Shown: positions 57,048 through 64,000 of the stretch, one piece after another | Position numbering within the stretch: position 1 is the stretch's first letter | Layout of the letters: each line of letters opens with the position of its first letter | Assembly: GCA_041697335.1 (NCBI GenBank) | Contig: JBGUGD010000009.1 | Span: 64,001-128,000 of the forward strand | From: Vampirovibrionaceae bacterium NZW_1234 | Lineage (GTDB): Bacteria > Cyanobacteriota > Vampirovibrionia > Vampirovibrionales > JAGQHJ01 | Length of the DNA stretch: 64,000 nt | Reading direction: 5' to 3' | Translations under genes and position numbers: made by a program | The notes under the pieces: model-generated | What the model saw: only the letters and a program-made list of their open reading frames with translations | Databases searched by the model: none | What the model was told of the DNA's origin: nothing

Positions 57048-59255
57048 TTAAAGGTGAGATTTTAGAATGATCCGCGCATCAACCGATGAATTTCCAACTT
57101 CTCCTTCCGGTGTTGCCATATAAGGGTTGATATCCAATTCCTGAATTTCCGGACAGTCCATTGCCAAACAGCTTAATCGGATCATGGCTTCTTCCAGCCT
57201 GTTTAAATCAACAGCCGGCTTTCCCCGGTACCCTTTTAATATTTGGTAGGCCTTGATACCCTCGATCATTTCTTGGGCATCTTGTCTGGTTAATGGGGCT
57301 AATCGAAATTGAACATCCTGATCAATCGTTGTATAGATGCCGCCTCGACCAATCATCAACAATTTACCAAAATCCGGATCGTCTTTGATACCCAGAATAA
57401 TTTCTCTTCCTCTGGTCAGGTAGGCTTGAATCATAATCCCTTCACCGGGTTCGAAGTGTGTAACCCCATGGTGCGAAAGTTGTTCTCGCATGCTCAGAAA
57501 CCTGCTTGTCAGTTCCGCGTCATTTCGGATGTCGACTTGAACCCCGCCGATGTCGGTTTTATGAGTAATCGTTTTTGAATTTAATTTTAAAGCAAGGGGG
57601 TAGTTCAAGACTTGAGCTGCTTCTAAGGCCTCCTCGAGGGTTGTTACAACTTTAAAGGGTGCGGATTCAATGCCGTAGAGACAGAGAACATCCAAGGACT
57701 CGGATGTCGTCAGCAGGATCCTTTCTTCTTGCTTGACCTGATGAAAAATACGCTGAACCCGCTCCGTACTCACGTCTTTCATCGCAATCGGCTGAGCCTT
57801 AGGCCTCATTTGCCAAAGTCGATGTTTTTCAAGTGCCCCTAATCCGGTAATGGCTTCTTCCATAGATGCATATAACGCTAAAGGGGAAAGCTTGGCAGTT
57901 TTAAGTTCCTGATGGATCTGTGCAATATCCGATTCATGGGTCGAGAGAACGACTAACAGGGGTTTCTCAGACTCATTCTGCACAGCGGCAATCGCATTTG
58001 TTATCTCATGAAGTTGCATGTTCAGCAGTGGGATAATGGGCACAATACAGGAATCGACCTGCGGGTCTTTCAGAATAGCCAGTAGCGCCTGTTTATAATT
58101 CTCCAGGGAATCCATGGGCATGGTTGCCGTGGTATCGACCGGGTTTTTCTTGGATGCCGTCCTCGGCAGTAATTTTTCAAGCTGCTGATATGTATCCTCG
58201 CTAAACTGTGCCAAGACTAACCCCTGGTTTTGATGAAATGCGGGCTCCAACCGATCGGATCCCATAACCGCATAGCCGCCCGCGTTGGAGAAAATAGCCA
58301 CTCGATTTCCCGCGGAAGGTTTTGCATTTTCAAAGGCCTGAGCGGCGGCAAAGAGATCCGTTATCGTTCCAAACCGTTGTATGCCCGTTTGCGCACAGAG
58401 GGCATTAACGGCATCATCATTTCCAGCCAGAGAACCCGTGTGGGACTTTGCAGCCTGAGCACCGATACTGGATTTTCCCGCTTTAATTAATAAGACAGGT
58501 TTTTCTTTTGTGACCTCTGCGGCAGTATCTTTTATTTCGGCCAGGGAACGCCCCGATTCCATATAACCGGCAATATAAGCAACCTGAGGATCATGGTGCC
58601 AGAACTGAAGAAGTTGTTTCGGTCTCAAGTGCAATTCATTTCCCAGGGAAACGAACTGTGTTAAGCCTAAGCCCATTCGCTTGGCCTTATCAATAATATC
58701 AATGCCAACGGCTCCGGATTGTGAAAAGACGGCTCCTTTACCGATAGGTGGAGCTTGTTTTGCAAATGTCGCATTGAGCCGGATTGTTGGATCCGTATCG
58801 GCAATTCCCAGGCAATTTGGACCCACCAGGACCATATCGTATTTTTCAACGGTTTGCGTTACCTGTTCGGCCAGTGTGTTGCCTTGCTCTCCCAGTTCCT
58901 TGAAACCCGCAGAGATCACCACAACGGATGGGAGATGCTTTTGTCCCAGGATGTCCAGGATGTGCGGAACCGTTTTACTGGGTGTCATGATCAAGGCCAA
59001 ATCCACGTCGCTATCGGGTAGTTCCTCTGGCGTTGCGAGATAGGTTAACGGTTTTTTTGTGCCGTTACTGTGGTAGATGACCTCTTGGCCAGCGTATTTC
59101 GGGTTCACAGGATAAATTTTACCCGTGTACCCGCTCGAAACAATATTTGAAAGCAGGGCCTTCCCGACAGACCCTTCTGATTCAGAAGCCCCAATCACGG
59201 CGATTGAGGCAGGCTTTAAAAGATGTTGTAATTTCTCAATCGTTTCCATAAACAC
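57048..59255 (-). CDS. Acetate/acyl-CoA ligase (ADP-forming), fused alpha-beta
   Basis: IAVIGAS, GPNCLG, SQSGA, SHTGSLAG, HKTDIGGV, ELDINP; the start may be 59249. Confidence 0.92.
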   Translation of the reverse strand: MFMETIEKLQHLLKPASIAVIGASESEGSVGKALLSNIVSSGYTGKIYPVNPKYAGQEVIYHSNGTKKPLTYLATPEELPDSDVDLALIMTPSKTVPHILDILGQKHLPSVVVISAGFKELGEQGNTLAEQVTQTVEKYDMVLVGPNCLGIADTDPTIRLNATFAKQAPPIGKGAVFSQSGAVGIDIIDKAKRMGLGLTQFVSLGNELHLRPKQLLQFWHHDPQVAYIAGYMESGRSLAEIKDTAAEVTKEKPVLLIKAGKSSIGAQAAKSHTGSLAGNDDAVNALCAQTGIQRFGTITDLFAAAQAFENAKPSAGNRVAIFSNAGGYAVMGSDRLEPAFHQNQGLVLAQFSEDTYQQLEKLLPRTASKKNPVDTTATMPMDSLENYKQALLAILKDPQVDSCIVPIIPLLNMQLHEITNAIAAVQNESEKPLLVVLSTHESDIAQIHQELKTAKLSPLALYASMEEAITGLGALEKHRLWQMRPKAQPIAMKDVSTERVQRIFHQVKQEERILLTTSESLDVLCLYGIESAPFKVVTTLEEALEAAQVLNYPLALKLNSKTITHKTDIGGVQVDIRNDAELTSRFLSMREQLSHHGVTHFEPGEGIMIQAYLTRGREIILGIKDDPDFGKLLMIGRGGIYTTIDQDVQFRLAPLTRQDAQEMIEGIKAYQILKGYRGKPAVDLNRLEEAMIRLSCLAMDCPEIQELDINPYMATPEGEVGNSSVDARIILKSHL

Positions 59256-59488
59256 CCACTGCTTCTGTCACGCGACGCAAAATTGAAGAGCAGTATACCG
59301 CAATCCATCGATCAAGAACCTCTCCTATCGTTTTAGCCATCCTCTAGTATGGTCTAGCCCTGATTGCGATCAAAAAGCGTTGTTTAAGCAAACCAGGCGG
59401 CTTGTAATCGGACCCGGCGGTAATCTGATGATACGCTAAAAACCACCTGAAGCGAACTCCATATGGATTTTGCTAAAAGTGGAAATTG

Positions 59489-59521
59489 AAAAATCGCCCT
59501 GGAGATATCCAGGGCGATTTT
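59489..59521 (-). terminator. Rho-independent terminator
   Basis: aaaaatcgccctgga/tccagggcgatttt. Confidence 0.85.
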
Positions 59522-59544
59522 AGAACGATTTACCTGAGAATTAA

Positions 59545-60432
59545 CTACATTGCTTTTAAAGCGGCAGCCAGTGCTCTGAAGGCATCGCCCTGGGTCGAGC
59601 CGGCAGTCCCACCTAAAAGTTCATTGGGTTTCTCAGACATTTTACGCTTCATATATCTCAGATTGGTTTTCTCAATGGCAGGAATGTCCAAAGAGTTAAT
59701 ATCTACTTTATCCAAGACAAATCCGATAACTTGGCCCAAGATATCATTGATTTGTGCATCGCTGGTAGCAACTTCCAATTGGGATTTCAAAGCTTCCAAC
59801 TTGCTCTTGTCGGCATTGCTGAGTCCGCCTTTTTTCAGGATGGCGTCAAGTGCTTTGCCGGTCAAGCCTTTTGTTTGTTCAGTCGTTGGGCTGTCACCGT
59901 CTTTGGTCAAGAAGGAAGCCTGATTGCCAAGGTCTTCGGCTAAACGATTTCCTTCGGCTCTGTTATCGGCACGAATTTGATCCGGAGTTCTGGGAGCCGG
60001 AATACGCTCGCTCAGTAACCGGGTCAGATTTTCAATCTGAGTTTGTTGGGTTCTCAGTTGATTTTGCAACGTCGTCAACTGGGTGTTGGTGTTGTTGGTA
60101 TTGGTTGCAATTTGGCCCAACAGCCCCAACTGTGCCAGGTTGCCGTTATTCTGGTTGGTCAGCAATTGCTGAAGAATCGGCGATAAATCCGGGCTCGTGG
60201 TGGGCACGGTGACAGGAAGTCCTGCCATCATCGGCGGGAATGTGGGAATTCCCGTCGGAGCGCCACCAAAGGTAATGCCTGGAGTTCCGCTGCCACCAAT
60301 GGTGAACCCAGGGGCTCCACCCACGGTTGGCGTGAACGGAATCGTTACACTGCCGGTAGGACCACCGTAGGTCATCGACCCGGTTGCACCGGTAGGTCCG
60401 TAGTTAAACGTAACAGAAAAAGATGCGTTCAT
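59545..60432 (-). CDS. Hypothetical protein, paralogue of 55963-56763
   Basis: Gly/Pro/Thr-rich N-half, coiled coil, shared C-domain. Confidence 0.85.
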   Translation of the reverse strand: MNASFSVTFNYGPTGATGSMTYGGPTGSVTIPFTPTVGGAPGFTIGGSGTPGITFGGAPTGIPTFPPMMAGLPVTVPTTSPDLSPILQQLLTNQNNGNLAQLGLLGQIATNTNNTNTQLTTLQNQLRTQQTQIENLTRLLSERIPAPRTPDQIRADNRAEGNRLAEDLGNQASFLTKDGDSPTTEQTKGLTGKALDAILKKGGLSNADKSKLEALKSQLEVATSDAQINDILGQVIGFVLDKVDINSLDIPAIEKTNLRYMKRKMSEKPNELLGGTAGSTQGDAFRALAAALKAM

Positions 60433-60870
60433 AATGCCCAGCCTCCAAATGTGTCCTTAATCATCAACCCATACTATTGAGGGAGTGTATTGATATAAAA
60501 ACAACCCTCTGAATTTTTTTGATGAATTATTATTATTTTGTTAATATTTTATTAACAAATGATTAAAGAGAATTGCCAAAAGTCCTCGCTATCATTGATG
60601 TTTCCGCAAATTTCACATGGCTCCGTAACGGATCAGTTGGCCCCAAACCGAGGGTGTCCTGACATGCCATGAATCTCCTAAAAACAACCAGGATGCACCT
60701 TTCCTGGAGATGAGAGGGTTTTATGTTGTCGAAGAAAAAGACATAGCCTTCATGGGCACCCGATTTATAAAAGCCGGGACAGGCAAAATCAAATTGGTCA
60801 CAGCGTTTAGGTTTAATTTGACGGCATTTTGGGTATAAGAGGTCTGTAAAACCTTTTAGAAAAACAAGAA

Positions 60871-61116
60871 ACGAGTGACACAGACGAGATAGAAATGAGT
60901 AAAAACGAGTAAAAATTCAGATCTGATTTTTGCTCACTCAGCTCCCCCCAATGCGGAAAAACGCAACAGTAGACCCTTTCAGGCTGAATCCCAAAACATG
61001 GAAACCTGAAACAAACCCCCGTCTGTGGAGCAAAAATGAGTAGAAACGAGTCAATTCGACCTAAAACCCCAATCATCATAGAGTAGAAATGAGTAGAAAA
61101 GAGTAGAAACGAGTTA
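60871..61116. repeat. GAGTA(G/A)AA repeats with a 10-bp period
   Basis: GAGT at 61081, 61091, 61101 and 61111; pairs near 60895/60905 and 61036/61046. Confidence 0.75.
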
Positions 61117-61343
61117 AAAATCCAAATATGAGAGTGACGCATCTCACGAAACCCTCCCCCCCCTTACAAATAGATAGAACCCGGCAGATACCAGGTTCCT
61201 CGAATGGGCTCGTGTGATTGAGCCGCTTATTATAGGTGGGCAAAGAAACTCTTGGGAGGGATGTATTCTTCAGCCCTGGCCCGGTCTGGTAAATCAAGAT
61301 GCTCTCGACCGGGTGCTCCTCTCTCCTTCACTCTTCCATAAGT

Positions 61344-62909
61344 CTAAGGTTGCTTTTGAGCCATGCCTTTGCGGACACCATTGGCCAGTTCGGGGCGACC
61401 GTCTTTTTCCATCAACTCCGCCACGGAGCGCAGGAAGTCCAGAACCTGGTCGTTATTGGCGGGTAACCCGGCCTTGGGTTGGGCCACCGGCTGGCGCACC
61501 GGCGGGGTTCTATCCACCGTTCGTGATTGGCCGGATGCACTGGCTCTGGGGAGGGGTCGCTGAGGAGCGGCAGATTCTGCCGTTCCTTTAGCAGGAGCCT
61601 GCGGTCTTGGCGGACGGCTGGCCATGCTGTTGGCGGCGGGGGATTTTGCCGGACCTTTTTGATAGCGCTTCATGTTGTGGGTGCTTTCAACCGCCTGGCG
61701 CAAGTTAATGGACTGCTTGAGTTCCAAATCGATTTCCTGGCTGTCGCGACGCCGAGGTTCACTCACGGCGGGCAACGCTTGTTGGGCATATTGATGAATC
61801 GCCTGGGCACGGTTCACCAGGGGACGACTGGGTTGAACCGGTTCGAGTTCCGGATGATGGAAACCGCTTAACCCGACCGGGCGCTCGGTTTGTCTGGAAG
61901 TGTGCTGGATGCCAGCCTCGCTCATAAGATTCGGACGGCGCCGACGCCCTTGCGGACGCTTGCGCTTGGGACCAAAGAACGTATTGAGCACTGATGTGCC
62001 GGCAGCCCGATGGGGCCCGTCACTGGTCCGCAGTTTGTACCGGATAAAGAGTCCGAGGCTGAGAATCAGGGTGGAAAGACCCAGTATTCTAAACCACAGA
62101 CCTTTCCCGGCCAACGCAGGTCCAACAAGCCGACTGAGGTTGTTTAAAATATCGAGTCCACTACCCAAGGTTTCTTCCAGGGGGGAGTCTTCCGTGTTGG
62201 TTGTATCTTGTTCCGAGTAATCCAGCTTGCCCATGGGGGTCCGATCACCCAAATCTTGTATAGAGGCCATTGACGTGTTACCGGCATCCGGATCGGCACT
62301 GTCTAACACAGTGTCTGGGGATTCAGTGGGGGCAGATTCTGTTGCAGAAACGTCCGATGTGCTTTCGGATACCGTTGGTGCAGGTGCTTCTGTTGCCAGG
62401 GCTGTCATGGCAATGCCTTGAGCATCAGGCGACTTGACACTGGCTTGTGCCGCTTTGGGCGTGACGGATTGGGTCACTGGTGCGGTATCCGATTCGGAGG
62501 AAAACACGGGATCGATCTTTTGCACGGTCGGGAGTGGGGTTTTCCCCGAAGCAATGATCGGGTTGCCTAAGCCCTCGCCCCGAATGACCATACGAAGCCG
62601 ATTGCTGGACACAGGCTTCAGAATAACCTGTTCGATATTTTCGGCATTGGCAAAATCGGTGGGGATGCTGCGAGTCGGGTCTACGGAACTAATGTCGATG
62701 ACAATCTTGTCGGCGGACTGGGACACAATCTGGTAGGGTAGCCGGGTATCCGACTTGAGCGTGACCTTGGTTTCCAAACCGCTGGAGTCTAACACAATGC
62801 CTTGCAACCCTGTCATGGCAGCCCATCCCGTAACGCTGATACACGACAGAACAATCCCCAGGGTGGAAGCGCACAGCTGTTTCGTTGTGAAACGCATCAA
62901 ATTTGACAT
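61344..62909 (-). CDS. AMIN-domain single-pass membrane protein
   Basis: Signal peptide ending GWA; AMIN-like beta domain (KIVIDI...IEQVIL...LRMVIR); S/T-rich linker; TM; basic cytoplasmic tail. Confidence 0.7.
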   Translation of the reverse strand: MSNLMRFTTKQLCASTLGIVLSCISVTGWAAMTGLQGIVLDSSGLETKVTLKSDTRLPYQIVSQSADKIVIDISSVDPTRSIPTDFANAENIEQVILKPVSSNRLRMVIRGEGLGNPIIASGKTPLPTVQKIDPVFSSESDTAPVTQSVTPKAAQASVKSPDAQGIAMTALATEAPAPTVSESTSDVSATESAPTESPDTVLDSADPDAGNTSMASIQDLGDRTPMGKLDYSEQDTTNTEDSPLEETLGSGLDILNNLSRLVGPALAGKGLWFRILGLSTLILSLGLFIRYKLRTSDGPHRAAGTSVLNTFFGPKRKRPQGRRRRPNLMSEAGIQHTSRQTERPVGLSGFHHPELEPVQPSRPLVNRAQAIHQYAQQALPAVSEPRRRDSQEIDLELKQSINLRQAVESTHNMKRYQKGPAKSPAANSMASRPPRPQAPAKGTAESAAPQRPLPRASASGQSRTVDRTPPVRQPVAQPKAGLPANNDQVLDFLRSVAELMEKDGRPELANGVRKGMAQKQP

Positions 62910-63223
62910 TAGTCCACCTGCGCCTTTCTCTCTCGACTCTTTCTTTGACTTCGACACGAATGGCTCGCTCGATTTCATCACACCTATATTCTTAGGCTAA
63001 TGTATGGCGAGGAAGGCTTCATCGGTTGTTTAATGGAGTCGCCTCAATCTCCCCTCTCCGGAGGGGGAGTCGCGTGGATCATGGAAACCTGCCGAAGTGG
63101 TCTGAAAACCCTTCTGTAATGTCTGTTTTTGGTTTTCCAGGATTCCCGGGTCTCCGGCAAAAAGAGGAGTCCTGACGCTCGGGCTTCGGGACAGAATATC
63201 CTGTATAACCTGTATACAGAGTC

Positions 63224-63562
63224 CTAGGTGTAAATCGTAAAGGTCGGCGCCACATGATTGGCCAGGTCATGATTGACCGTCTCAATGCGCCGTTTCGAGA
63301 GTTCCGGGTTGGCCGGATCGTCGAGGGTCTTTTTTAACGCACGGTATTCCAGCGCCAACGGACCCGTCACGGTGTAATGGTAACGCCCGGAATCACCCAC
63401 CAATGCAGCGTCAAAAACTTCAGCCGGAATGCCGTTGCCTTCCAGGTTTTTGGCAAAGGCATCCGCAAGCTTGGGTTGCGCCTTTTTATCTGGTAAAAAG
63501 CAATACAAGGACCCGGTATTGAACCCGACGCGCTGAGCGCCCAGAGAACCAAATGAAAGCAT
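63224..63562 (-). CDS. Hypothetical protein starting MLSFG
   Basis: AGGAG RBS before ATG 63562. Confidence 0.6.
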   Translation of the reverse strand: MLSFGSLGAQRVGFNTGSLYCFLPDKKAQPKLADAFAKNLEGNGIPAEVFDAALVGDSGRYHYTVTGPLALEYRALKKTLDDPANPELSKRRIETVNHDLANHVAPTFTIYT

Positions 63563-63678
63563 CCGTACACATCTCCTAATCCCACGAACCCAACGTCTAA
63601 GGTTTGCATTAAAACCATTCACGGCCGATTGATGCTAGCGACGTGTTGTTGGAGAAATTATCCTCCGTTCCGATATGC

Positions 63679-63717
63679 CGAAACCGCCGCCATGCAGATG
63701 GCACGGCGGCGGTTTCG
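63679..63717 (-). terminator. Hairpin after the crotonase-like gene
   Basis: cgaaaccgccgcc/ggcggcggtttcg. Confidence 0.55.
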
Positions 63718-63740
63718 CTCAAATAGGTGAAGGTGGTCGG

Positions 63741-64000
63741 CTAGAGGCTTGCGCCACAAGCACCACAATGTTTGAATTGGGCAGGCAGGAAGGCCGTTCC
63801 GCAGCTTTGGCAGGACTGCACATTGGGCCCCCATAGAAACTCCGTGGATTCACCCGTTTCATGACGACGCCGCAGGGCGTCGTAGTCGATGGGGCGTTTT
63901 TCCACAAAGGCACGGGTGCCTTCAAAGGTTTCGTATGAGGTGTTGTGCAGGGTCAGCCAGTCCCGGGCATGGTTCACGGTAAGGCCCCAGGAGAGATCCC
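63741..64000 (-). CDS. C-terminal part of an enoyl-CoA hydratase/crotonase family protein with a zinc ribbon; 5' end outside the window
   Basis: DLSWGLTVNHARDWL...EGTRAFVEKRPIDY, then CQSC...CGAC. Confidence 0.7.
   Translation of the reverse strand, partial: DLSWGLTVNHARDWLTLHNTSYETFEGTRAFVEKRPIDYDALRRRHETGESTEFLWGPNVQSCQSCGTAFLPAQFKHCGACGASL

Noticed and set aside
60813..61142. 109-aa minus-strand ORF
   Set aside because: Phe/Ser-rich translation of the GAGTAGAAA repeat region; no RBS or homology.

Overview
Bacterial chromosomal window. The gene mix (cyanobacterial-type DUF2993, GerMN, AMIN and DUF4214 proteins together with chemotaxis and flagellar-operon genes) suggests a non-photosynthetic cyanobacterial relative (Vampirovibrionia/Melainabacteria); this is inference. 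Family calls come from motif recognition, not database searches. Housekeeping genes lie mostly at the flanks: NIT-domain MCP, infC-rpmI-rplT, proC-rocD, proBA, lgt, marC, suhB, dusB, ubiD-family, dxr, a NarL-type two-component pair and an ADP-forming acyl-CoA ligase. The centre (about 23-48.5 kb) is an AT-richer block of mostly orphan, low-complexity genes. Its core is a tandem array of 12 paralogues (27.7-37.4 kb) with a shared N-terminal leader, 24 copies of the motif F[KR]PGQV[KR]VDD[TS]RGTE, and interchangeable C-terminal modules (DUF4214, cytochrome c-like CxxCH, Gly/Tyr-rich, Pro/Tyr/Cys-rich). Most orphan transcription units share an upstream bipartite motif, nCA(C/A/T)AA-N14-GTTTTTATA-N4-T, which looks like an alternative-sigma promoter. 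Many have multi-GGA or long structured 5' leaders. Together these suggest an uncharacterised co-regulated, modular exported-protein system. No rRNA, tRNA, CRISPR or transposase was recognised.
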